From: Cenococcum geophilum
Taxonomy: Eukaryota
Assembly (NCBI GenBank): GCA_050273025.1
Contig: CP158635.1
Location: forward strand, 9,858,001 to 9,922,000
Direction: 5' to 3'
DNA length: 64,000 nucleotides
In this document: one piece after another, positions 52,601 to 64,000 of the stretch
Layout of the letters: each line of letters begins with the position of its first letter
Position numbering within the stretch: position 1 is the stretch's first letter
Notes under the pieces: model-generated
What the model was told of the DNA's origin: nothing
Seen by the model: the letters and a program-made list of their open reading frames with translations, nothing else
Databases searched by the model: none
Position numbers and translations under genes: made by a program

Positions 52601-55062
52601 TATTACGGATGAGGAAAGGCAAACGGGGTGTGCAGATCCTTTTGGGCACTGAGGGACTTGAAAGCCTCCACCATCTATAACTTCACTGTCTTGGTTGGGT
52701 TTCTATTAGCTATTTCCTGTTGGTTCTCCGGTACCCGCTCATTTCCACTGATACGAAGGTTTTTGTTTTGGCTCATCCAGCCAATTGTTTTGTTTTACAC
52801 TAGATACCCACGGCTGTCGCAATCGTCCTACGTCAGGGCATGAGCAAACGACAGGTTATAAGCGCTCCTTGCCCCCCACAATCAACATCAGCACTAAATC
52901 TTGATCCTAGCTTTGCTGTGGATTGATAGCACAAGAGTAGATGTTCCATGCTGACGAAAGCCCCGACAGTTAACCTCGAGCCAGGTAGTAAAACAAGTTT
53001 CGTGATATCTTCTCACGCCAAAGTCTACGCTTAGACAAAACAGTTGCAACCGTTCCAATCGTACGCGGACGGCTCCAATCATAGCGGGAGATCGCTTCTA
53101 TAATTATGCTAATCGATAGGGATATGCCGCCGGCTCGACCCTTCTGCTCCGGGAAACGCCATCATGAACTTCATTATCAAAATTACTCTAACACACTGCC
53201 AATAGCTTAGCAGGTCCAAAAACGCTATGAACATGGCCATACTAACCGACGGGAACAAAGCAAGAAACCGTCACAAATGCTCTTCCTTTTCTATTTTCAA
53301 ATTTAAACAGAACATTCGCAGTTGATTCCGAAGTGTTCGATGAGCCTCAATATCTCTAACCGAATATGATTACAGTTATTCTTGACCGACAGCACGATAA
53401 ACAGACCATTGTGACTGCACCGTGCACTAGAGTCTAGAATCACAGTCCGGGGTGGCAAAAACCAAGAGAAACTTGCCTTCTCCAATCTCTACATATTTCC
53501 ATATTCAGTACTGCCTTTCCTAGACACTCAGAGCCAGACTCTAGAGATTTCGTACAGACAGACTATAACCTCTAGAAATCATCTGTCAGTCTTTGATATT
53601 GTATGACCACCCACTTTTCTGCTTCTCAAGTAGCATGTTCAGCCCTCTGTGTAACCATATCTCGTATTCCTGAACAGGCCACTCAAATCCCCTTCCGTTT
53701 CCAACAGACAACAGCAACCATACATTTCAAAACAAACCCCAAAGCTACAAATCAAAACACCACCCGAAACTGAACAACCAAAACTAATCACACAACCCCC
53801 AACCCTTCCCCTCCACCATCGGCCATCACCCTCAATCACCCCAATCTCCCAACCACTCAGGCCCCCCAATATCCCCATCTCCCCACCACCCGCCCCACCG
53901 CGTGACCCCAAAAAAAAAAAAGCCCACAACCCAAACAAAGCGCGATCAGCCACCCAATCGCGCCTTGAGCCTCACTCTCTTCCAGCTCGCTAACACGAGA
54001 AAAAGAGCGGCATCGTCCGTGGCGCCCGTCTGCGGCGCCCTGGCCCCAGACCGCTCTTACCGACCGACCCGTTCCGTAATATTGGCGCTGGAGAGAGAGA
54101 GCTCGATTCACCAGTGTGTCGACCGTCTGGGCTCTGAGTGCGCCCGACTGGGGGCGGTTGGGGGGCGGGCTGCGTATTCGACGCACTGGCTTGCTGCTCG
54201 GACGCGAGGGCCGCGCGATAGATGGAGTGAGGCGGATGGAGAGAGTAGAGGGGGCTTCACCGCTTGAGGGGAGGCTGGTGGGTAGGTAGGTTGGGTGAGT
54301 AGAGGTAAGTGGGGTGGTTAGGGTGATGTGTAGGGGGTGTACTTTGAGGGGGGATGTGAAGGGAGGGGGGCTTGGGGAGAGAGCTAGGGACGTTGGCATA
54401 GGGGATGTGGGCACAAGGGACGTTTGCTTTTGCTTCCTCTATATTAGTAGATAAGGTTAAGGTAGGTAACTATATAGACCACCGAGCCGCTGTACACCAC
54501 ACCGCACCACACCGCACCACACCACCCCACCCCGACGGCCGTGACATCAATCTGGAAAGGAAGAACAGGAAGCGCAAACGCAACAAAACAAGCGCCAGGC
54601 ATTTCCGCCGAATACGGGGACGACTCTACGGAAGGGTATAAGCCAGACGCTGTGAAAAATCGAGAACAAATATAAGAACAGAATGAGAAAACCAAGGAGA
54701 ACAGCTGAAACAGTCAGAAGCTCCTCTTCCCACTTCCCTCCCTCCCTCCCTCCAATTCCCTTTTTCCGTTTCCGTAAAACCCGTTTGGCATAGCCTGGTC
54801 CTGTCCGGCCCTGTTTTCCGTCTGGACCGATTATTTTGTTCGAATCCGAATCCGGGGCATGACAGCCGAGAATGGTCTTTCTATGAAACAGAACACTGAG
54901 ACACAAGACCCAAGCTGCCCTATATCCAACCCTGTCTCCCCTCCTCTCCATGAAACCTCCTCCCTCTTAGCCCGCTCTCAACTTCCTCTTCATCCCCACT
55001 CCACCCTAACCCTCCTAAACTCTTAACATACAAAACCATCTCACCACACCACACTCCCCTAC

Positions 55063-56923
55063 TCAAAACGCCACCCCAACGGGCGTTCTCGGCGTCCCAG
55101 CAAACGACTCCACAGCTTCATAAGGCGGCGGCGCCCTCCACTCCTTCTCCTTCTCTTTCCCCAATCCGAGACTCAACCCGCGCTTCCTCGCCCGTTCCCG
55201 AAACGCAACCCCGAACCCCTTAACGCCCTCCAACGGGCCTTTCCCCAGCTCGCTCGTCGCAGGCGTGTCCGGGCTGCTGGGCGAGCTGAGGCCGGGCGAG
55301 GGCGACAGCGTGCGCTCCGAGAGCGCGGGGGTGCTGGGATACGATGTCAGGGTAATGGTGGTCGTGTCGTTAGAGTCCTGGCGCGCGTGCGTGGCTGTCT
55401 GCGGGCGCGACGAGGGCGACGATGGCGACGGTGAGCGGCTAGAGTCGTGCTGCTGCTGCTGCTGCTGCTGCTGCTGCGGTGGTGGTGGAGGCGGCGGTGT
55501 ACACTGGTAGAACGACTGCTGGTTTGACTCAGACGAGCCGGGCTTCACGAACGAGGGTGTCGTGGGGGTCGAGGGCAGCGAGCGCTTCAGCCAGGCGCCG
55601 AGGCGGCCGAGCGGCGTGGTCGGGGTTGGGATCGAGGGGCTCGGTGGTGTGATGGGGTTGGAGGTCAGGGGCCCGGCGCGCGGGGGCGGGGGCAGGGGTG
55701 GGGGGATTAGCTTGAGTTTTTTCTGCGGCTTGGGCTTGGAGCGCGCGCTCGTGGGCTGGTTGAAGGCGGGGGAGGAGGAGGGCGGCGTCGGGAGAGGTTT
55801 GGAGACTAGGGGCACTGAGAAGGCGGAGCCGATGTCTGAGAGCGTCTCGGAGCGCACGTGCATGCGGAGCGAGGGTGCGATGGCGGGGATGTGGTGCGTG
55901 TGCGTGTCCGAGTTGGTGGTCAGGGTTGGGGATGGTATTGAGGACCGCAGCGCGTCGGCTCGCCGCTCTTCGACGATCGTGTTGAGCTCCCGGATCGCAT
56001 CGTCCACGTCTGTCTTGGCCCTTCGCAGGCTGCCGCGTTTGGAGAGCATGTGCGTTGGCTCGGTGTTCGAGCGAGCTCGGGCTGGGGATGGGAGACGAGC
56101 GAGATTGGAGCGAGGGGACGAGAGACTACTGTGAGTGCTGGAGCGTTTGAGAGACGTTGAGGGAAGAGGGGATGGCTCCCGTTGGGAATCTTCTTGCGAG
56201 ATTAAGAGAGAGTGAGGGCGGCCGGTCATGCTGCTGAGGCTTGACCGGTTCGAGCCCGAAATTGGTTTTCGTTGAATTATAAAAGAAGAAGGCGTAGATG
56301 AACGAGAGTCTAACTTTTGGTCTTTGATAAGCGCCTGCGCGGGAAATTCCAGCCCTGCTGGCAATTTGCTCCATTCGGATTCGGTGAAGTCGGGCAAAGG
56401 TGATAGCCTGTTGCTGGGGAGATAGATGGACAGCTCCAAAGGCCTAAAGCTACGTCTTCGGCGTACTGGCGTCGACTCTTCTCCTGTGCTACCTGTACCA
56501 TCGAACCTTCGAAAGTCGGTAGGACGGCTGATGCTCGGCTTCGCTTTGGAGTGTGATGTCCATGGCCTGTGGCTTGTGGAACTTGTTCGTGCCGAAGCTC
56601 TCGAGGCCATCTCCCGACCCGTGGCGACCCATTGGGAAACGTGATGGGTCACAGAATGGCTCGTAGTAGGCCGGTGCTGTTCAGGTTCAGCCCTTGGGGG
56701 ATCAACCACGCGAGGTTGGTTGTAGCATATTTGCATATTAGTAGCTAATATCCGAACGTTAGTCACGGTCTTAGGTGGTATGCTATTGTAGGTAACTGGA
56801 CTTACCCTGCTCTCGAAGGCCAGCTCCATCGTGGTCGTTAGGAAGGTCTCGGGATGCACAGCACCCAAATGATATGGCCAGCCATGGGGTTTGCGGCGGC
56901 TTGACAGGTTGATGCGATGACAT
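55063..56923 (-). CDS. Hypothetical Pro/Ser-rich protein (599 aa, 2 exons)
   Basis: ATG 56923; exon 1 is 56923-56806, then a 61-nt intron GTAAGT...CTAAC...TAG (56805-56745), then exon 2 56744-55063 in frame with the long ORF. Motifs FGCC, ISRPTDFRR, FRPLELSIYLPSNRLSPLPDF, polyQ and PPPY. Confidence 0.8.
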
Positions 56924-58037
56924 TGCCGCTCAGGCACGCATTTCTGTCAAGACTCACAGCGTCTAAAAGGTAGACTTTTGGAAGAGAAGAAAAGGAAAAG
57001 AGAGACAAAGCAAAGAGCTCTTCGAGCAGCGAGGAAGGGCAGGGAAAGCCAAAGTTTTTCAGAAGGGCAGGGCTGCACGGCCGAGAGCTTACAAAAGAGG
57101 AGCGAAACGAGCAGAGTATTGCAGTGTGCCATGCAGGATAGATCCCCCATCTCGAAGCGCCCAATAAATGTTGTTAGAGAGGTTATCACAAGGTAGTCGG
57201 TAGCTGAGGATGCCAATCACGGCGAACCACGACGGGCGGCATCGGAAGCAGCGCCGTCTGTCTTGCCTGAAAGCGGATGGTGGGATGGGCTGCGCGCGAA
57301 AAAAGCCTGGCGGGGTGTCGTGATTGGGCGGGGTCGACACAAGCCCCTGGCCCAACGGCGCCTACGCACGCCCGCTCTACGCACGCCCGCCTTACGCACG
57401 CCGCCCTGAGTCCATGACAGCCGTTCATCCTGTGCCGAGCGCTGGAGGCTGAAATCGCTGTCCGACGAATTGCAACTCACCTCCCATCAGTCCCGTATCA
57501 CATATGTTGCGTGTGAACCCCACTGGCGCCCGTGTCGTCGAAGAAGAAAAAAAGGGTCATCTGCTGCAGGGCTGAGCAGCCATGTCACATAGCCAGATGC
57601 CATTGGGAAGGTGAGGTGAGAAGAAGACGTGAGAATAAGTGATGTGAGCAGCGACGACTTGAGTTGGCCACCCTTCAGCGGGAGCAGCACCGGCACCAGC
57701 AGTACACGAGCAGTTCCAACATCCACGCATACTAACACTCGGTCCAAGGTTATTTGAAACGGTCCCCGAGTGACGGGCGCCTGAATGTTTCGACTCTTTT
57801 ATTGGCCACTTTGGTTTTATTACAACAAGACGTAATCATCGACACTAGGATTAGTGACCATCGCCAGCCCCGGCTTGCCAACACCACAGGGACAGGCCTA
57901 GAAGAAGACAGAGAACAGGCAGGGCCAGGGTATATTGCTTCTCCGAAGTTTCAAATGTCTGCTTAATGTACTTCCATAAACAACGCTGACCACGGTTTCA
58001 TCCCGATATTAATATCTTCACTGTGCTCGTCTTTGCC

Positions 58038-60360
58038 TCACCCAGCATTGTTTGATCCCCACGCATTCCGCTCCTCATGGAAGCTCCCGTAATGAAGGCT
58101 CCGCCGCTCTTCCTCTTCCTCTCCACTCCCCCGGTCATATTCCCGATGCTCCCACCGCTGCGCTTCCTCTGAAACAGGCGGGGCCCGTTCACTGCTGGCC
58201 TCATCCTCTCCATCACCAACCGCGAACGGAGAGTCTAGGTCATGTGCCTGCTCCGGGTTGTGTGGCTCAGGATTATCTGGATCAAATCCTTCACGCACCT
58301 CTTCCTGACCATCGTCCGGGAAGGCGCGTCTGTTCCATGAGCTGTCAGAAATTTGGGCATGAGTAAATCTGGCTTGGCTTACACGAAATACTTCTGTGGA
58401 ACCTCGTTCCATCCTGATCCGCCTTCCTTGCGTGCCCGGACGCGCTCGACCTCCTCCGCCTCGTGGTCTTCGACCACCAAATCCACAAGCTGGCTTCTCT
58501 CTGATTTGGTAGAGCTAGACGATGAAGACTCGTGACGTAGAAGACCGAGAGGAGCACGCGACTTCGAGCCGGATGGTTCGCCGCTACTTGAACTGCTCCG
58601 GTGCTTGCCCTTGTCCGCAGATTCTTGAATAGCTTTTATCCTGCTCTTACGCCGCTGTTTATTCTCACGTGTTGGCTGTAATAAGTTTCGGTTTGTCGAT
58701 GCAGTAAGAATAGCGGGACTCGCGTATAAGCGACTTTCCCGAGTCGCGGTGTGTGCTGTAATTACTGGGTACTGCAAAAGTAAGATGGGATATAACTATA
58801 CGAGAATGTATGCACTTACATTCCAGTCACCGAACTCCAGTGCTCTCGCACTGTCAAACAGTCGCTCATCCTCGGGATTCAGAGTGGGCTCGTCGTCATC
58901 GGAATTTGTTGTGCCATATTTAGCTGCATCGAGAGCTCGATTGGGACCCGGGCTCATCGTCCTTGCGCGACTGGATGTCACTTTTGAAAGTAGAGGCGCG
59001 TGTTCACGACCAGGCTTTGGAATCCAGTACTTTCCTTTCCCGCCTCTTTCATACCTCATGCCTTCCATCATGCGAGCAGTGCGTGATGCCGACTCCTCGT
59101 GACCTAAAACATCGTCGTGGGCATCGAAGTACCGGTATTCGTAGTGCTTGCCTGCAAATGTTTCCTTGGTATCCTCAATCAGATCTCTGGGTCCGAACGC
59201 ATCGCGTAGAGCGTATTTGACTGGTAGGCGAGCCGCGGAAATTGTTTCATCAGCGTAGTCATGCCACGAGAAAGCGTACCAATGCGCGACGGCAAAAATA
59301 GGCATTTCGAAACAAATTAGAGCGTCTTGGATAGAAGCCGCAAGATTGTCAGGACTGTAGCCGGGAACATCATCCGGAATAGCTCGCAGCCAGACGAGTA
59401 TGGATAAGAAGAACCCTTGCCAATATGACGCAAATATTATCCCTTTAATGGACAGAAATTTGGGCATGGGTCGGAAAGGCTTCAGGTCATGTGCCATGCA
59501 TACCCAGAACATCGCTAGGGCGTACAGACTAATTGTGATGCTGATATTGTATATGAGGCCGCTCCAGAAATACCCAGAAGATAACCCAATGTATCCTTCT
59601 TGATAAGTCCCCGTGGCCTTCATAATGATTGTAGCTATGGCTAGTATCGGCTTCATCCACGTGTATTGTAGTATACCCCGTTTCACTGCGAGGAAGGTAT
59701 GAGGATCGGAGATATCGACTTTAGGGAGGACATAGTTCAATGGCCACAGGTGCGAGACGGGCGGACGGCCGTGCATCAAAATTATTAAGGCGCGCTCACC
59801 TCCAATAAAATTGGTGAGCAGCTGCACAAAGGTATAAATGGTGAAGGCCTGCGCAAACGAGGTTAGCTTCGAAGGCAATGTAATATTTTCTAATGTCCTC
59901 ACCTCATATACGTCGCGAAAGGGTCCTATCCAGAAGGCAGCTTTTAAGGATATAAGACTGGCCCATGATGATGCCGAGTAAATGGGGACCCTGCCTGGAT
60001 ATCAGCACCGGAATATTTGCCAAAGACTTCTCCACCCACATCAACAGTATTCGCACTACGTATCTCTGTAACAAAGGTTTTCTGTAATTTTTACTGCGAC
60101 GAAGATATCAGTTCTGTCTGTGTCTGGTAATTTCATTGGCTCTTACGTCTGTAGCCACACGGATCTATTTTACGTGTTAGCATGGACCGCACTGAGCATG
60201 AGACTGAAGGTAGAGGAGATTATACGAACAGGACTGTGACAAGGGTAGCAGCTAAAGCTGCAATACCGGCAAGGATAACAACAGCATGACTAAAGCGAGC
60301 TCCAGTGCCGCCGTTAGGACTTGAGAATTCTCCAATACTTTGATGGGAGGCAACCTCCAT
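58038..60360 (-). CDS. TMEM184/OST-alpha (DUF300) family membrane protein, Hfl1-like; multi-exon
   Basis: The spliced reading gives SVWLQTKNYRKPLLQRYVVRILLMVPIYS, FRDVYEAFTIYTF, VKRGILQYTW, PKFLSIKGIIFASYWQGF, IQDALICFEMP and LEFGDWNYPVI, with an acidic C-terminal tail ending 58038. Includes an 18-nt micro-exon at 60164-60147. Confidence 0.9.
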
Positions 60361-60780
60361 TGTTGACGTACTCCCTAGTTCGAGCGTCAGGTATTGAGGG
60401 TTAAAACCACAGGACCTGGGCAGGGCGGAGATGGCAAGGCCCGGATTAGACAGAAGCACTAGAATCTAGGCATGCTCATCCCTCGCACCGTTTATTTGTA
60501 TGCGAGTTGTTCGTAGGCAGACGATCATGATAGCTCACAAGCGTTGGTGTTTTGCGAGCTTGGACTTCTTGGCCTGTGACGCGCATCACGAGCCAACAGC
60601 TGCAGGTGCCATCGACCTACACTATGGGCTTTTTCGTGGCACACCCGCCGAGCCTATGGCTTCTCTATTGTAATGGCCAGGAACGTGTCTTATAGATCTC
60701 ACTCAAGATCTCCGATTTCGCGACTTACCATCAATCCACAATGATCCTCGGATGTCTTCTATCATCCATTCGTAACCCGC
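60361..60780. promoter_or_regulatory. Short divergent (bidirectional) promoter region between the TMEM184-like gene and CSF1
   Basis: Head-to-head start codons are 420 bp apart. Confidence 0.6.
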
Positions 60781-63700
60781 ATGGCGGGAGGTCTAACTTC
60801 AGAGCCCTTGAATCCGCAGACGGGCTTTAACTGGTCGATATATTTCCCTGGATTTATGATTCCTCTCACTAACGCATTTGCAGGGTCTTCCTGGTTGAGT
60901 TACTGGTCTGCGGGATTCTGTAAGTCGCGTTTTTGGTCTACTTTGTACCTTATTCTAACGTGAACAGGACTGTCTTTTTTCTGTTCTACTTCAATCGACT
61001 CTTTGCAACACTGGTATCCTATGGAATTCGAGCCTATACATGGCACACATACCACGTCTACATTGACATACAAGCTCTTCAGATTTCGTTGTTGGGAGGT
61101 CGCATCTTCTTCAAGGATATACGTTATCATGGTCACAATGAGACAATACTTGTCCACAGAGGATATATTACATGGCAATACTGGCTTCGTAAAGTCAAGG
61201 AAGCAGAGTTATTCTCCCAGGACCAAAATGACCCCGGGAGGAATCGTTCCGCTAGCTCGGCTAGTGATGAAAGCGCAAGGAGAAGCAAGAACAGAACTTT
61301 AGACAAGGAAGAAAAAGGCGGAGTCCAAAATAAGAAGGTTCTCCCGTGTAGAATCTCTATCAAAGTGTCGGGCGTGGAAGCCTTTATGTACAATCGGAGC
61401 CCCGCCTACGACGGAATCGTCGAGGCCATGCGCCAAGCGGGGAATGACGGGGCGAACGATAGAGGCGCAACATCAGGAACGAAGGCACCTGAAAGTATCC
61501 GCAGTAATGCATTCAGTGGCTCTTATGATGGAAGGCTTGACGAAGGAGGCAAAGAACACAACAGATTGAGAAAAGGTAGAACGGCTGAAAGTGGAGGCCC
61601 CAGCGCTCTTAGAAATGCCCACACCGAACAGAGTCAGGCAAAAGAGTTGAAGCCGTCTGCGCCTCCTGCTTTTCTGCGCTTACTACCGGTTCATATTGAT
61701 TGCAATAAGGGCGCAATTGTCATTGGCAACGAGAGCACGCCAGCAGTTATTACTGCGCAATTCGAAAGAGCTAGCGGGGAATTCGATGTGTCTTCTTCTG
61801 GTCCCTTGGATGTCTATCAGCAATTGTTCAATTTCCAGTTTACGCATCCTGTGGTGCACATGAAGCCGAATCCGGACTTTAAAACACTCCAGCTGGATTC
61901 TGCAGCTCGACTTAAAAAAGTGGCTGAACAGGAAACACCGCACGAGGAAGTCACTGAGAAAAGCCATCCTTCTAGGAAGAAACGCAAGTCTTGGCACGCT
62001 CTTCGTAGCCTATCATCATTGTTCTCTCGCTCGACGGATTCGATCAGCGCTCACTCTCGGGCAGGCGCAGGGAAAAGTAAGAAACGAACACCGCAATTGA
62101 ACATTCCTGGTCAAGAACGCTGGCAGGGCTTGACCCGCTATCTTGATGAGAGTCAGCGCGATGAGCATGATGAGTGGGATGCGGTTGAATACGCCAGGAC
62201 ATCCCTCATTATTGATTGTCCTTGCATCAATGTGAGTTTTTACTGGGATGTCCCAGGGCCTGTGCCCTTCGATCCCGACTATGCTGCATCATGCTCTTCC
62301 ATCCACAAAGGGGACATTAATGGTGGAGCCCCTCCTGAATATGGGTTAGATGTTCAAGTATACGGAGGTACGATCAATTACGGACCATGGGCAGACAGAC
62401 ATCGGGCCATTTTCCAGTCGTTCTTCTTTCCGGGGGCCCATGTTGATGCTATCCCCGCTGAGCCTCTACGTCCCGGCGAAATTCGTATATTCTCCGTATT
62501 TAAGCTGTACCTAAGTATCGAAGATGACACCGTACTTCGTATTCCTGTTCGAGAGCCGTCAAAGGACTGGAAGTGGAAAGGCAAAGCGCACACCGTCGCA
62601 GGCCACGGGAAAAACGCCCCGGAGAAAGAGAAACCAAGAGGAAAGGGTAGGCGAAAGTCCGTTAGGGGTAAGCAGCGCGATAAAGGCGCGCCAGGCCCGA
62701 ATGTCAGACCTTTCGCCTGGCTTGATATTAAAGTTGCTTCCGATTCTACAATTACTTACATGATGGATATGGTCGCCTCGAACAACGGCTATCGAAACAA
62801 GTTAGATGTTGACATGCGCGGTTCGGAAATCTCCTCTAGCGTTAACCATGGCTTGTTGTGGAGATCCGGCGGCTTAGCATTAGACTGCGACCTATCGAAT
62901 CCCCTTAGCTGGAATCAACTTAGGAAATGGGCCTTTAATATTTCCTGCGATAGCCTGGAGCTATTTCTGCTGCGAGACCACCTATTCCTACTCACAGATC
63001 TTGTCAGCGACTGGGGTTCAGGACCGCCTCCTGATTACTTTACTTTTGTTCCCTTCCAGTACTTTCTTAACGTGGATTTCCACAACTTTAAGCTTTTCCT
63101 GAATACCAACGACTCAAACATTGTGAACAATCCCTCTGACTTGGACGACAACAACTTCGTAATTCTATTTGGCCAGCGGTTACGTGCTAAGCTGACAATT
63201 CCTTTGGACCATTATCGGCCCCTCCAGAACGAGATTCCGTTCGATGTACAAGCTCAAGACTTAGGGCTCGAGCTTTGTATGCCACCGAAAAACTCACTAA
63301 GCACATTTGTTCGCTCGAAAAATGTAGCGAAGCTGGGGGGGCTGACCATATCCGGAAGCCATAACTATTTCACAGAAACGTCCAGCGCCAACACTGATAG
63401 GCTGCACCTTGATATCCATGGAACAAGGCTCTCATTGGACGTATACGGTTTTCTCATTCGTCATTTTATGAAGATCAAAGACAATTACTTTGGCGATGAC
63501 CTGCACTTCAAGACTTTGGAGGAATATCAGGGCCTCCCAAATCAAAATCTGGCAGTGGACGGCACCACACTATCAGACCAACATGTGAATAAGTCTAATG
63601 ACCTTGACGTTATTCTTTGCATCTCTGTGGATCAAGCCAGTGTTTTTGTAGCCTCCAATCTCTATTCGGCGGAGAATAATATCAGGGTGGATCTTCCATA

Positions 63701-64000
63701 TGCATCAGCAGACCTCAGATTCACAAACTACTATATGGACCTCATGGTAAACTTCAGCCCATTGAGTGTATCACTTGGCGCATCGGTTACAAATCCTGGA
63801 ATACCCTTGGAGCCGAGCGGACAGACCGAGATCTTCATTGAGTCGGTTGATGTTTTCGGACATCGGCTATTTGGACTGCCGCCAACAGAACCCACGTACG
63901 TGTGTAATTGGGATCTCAATATTGGAAATATATCTGGGGAATGCTCTAGTGAGTTCTTGGAAAAGGCTGCGGGTGCGGCACGCTCTTTTGCTTTCACTTT
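60781..64000 (+). CDS. CSF1: Csf1 (BLTP1/KIAA1109-like bridge-like lipid transfer protein), 5' part; runs off the window
   Basis: Exons 60781-60833, 60884-60919 and 60968 onward. Reads FNWVFLVELLVCGILTVFFLFYFNRLFATLVSYGIRAYTWH...QISLLGGRIFFK...VEAFMYNRSPAYD...WQGLTRYLD...EYAR...YGPWADRHR...HRLFGLPPTEPTYVCNWD. Confidence 0.93.

Noticed and set aside
48176..54951. Numerous 60-210 aa ORFs on both strands
   Set aside because: They overlap, often start at non-ATG codons, and show no domain similarity I can recognise; expected by chance at this GC content.
56924..56937. ORF-track start of the 624-aa ORF (MPERQCHR...)
   Set aside because: It reads through a canonical 61-nt intron; the spliced model from ATG 56923 is better supported.
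32471..64000. tRNA, 5S rRNA or snoRNA genes
   Set aside because: I found no convincing cloverleaf, 5S or paired C/D boxes by eye; tRNAscan-SE or Infernal would be needed to exclude them.

Overview
Filamentous ascomycete (Pezizomycotina-type) DNA with a sharp two-compartment structure. Positions 1 to ~32.4 kb are AT-rich and heavily mutated in the pattern of RIP (CpA/TpG to TpA, stop codons throughout). This block resolves into one nested retrotransposon island. The host is a canonical Copia element (D), whose 5' part lies outside the window. It carries a GalEa-type Copia (A, itself holding a solo LTR), a self-priming chromodomain Gypsy (E), and two GalEa-type Copias (B and C) inserted tail-to-tail at the same 5-bp target, TTTAC. 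B contains a gag-only LTR element (F). The 5' LTR of C contains a 2.4-kb TIR element built almost entirely of tandem arrays (G). From ~32.5 kb the DNA is GC-balanced and genic: mitochondrial malate dehydrogenase, an NmrA-like protein, dual-targeted carnitine acetyltransferase, a hAT-type MITE, medusa/medA with a long gene-free upstream region, a Pro/Ser-rich hypothetical protein with CRIB-like and PPxY motifs, a TMEM184/Hfl1-family membrane protein, and the 5' part of CSF1. All calls come from manual reading and translation; no database searches were run.
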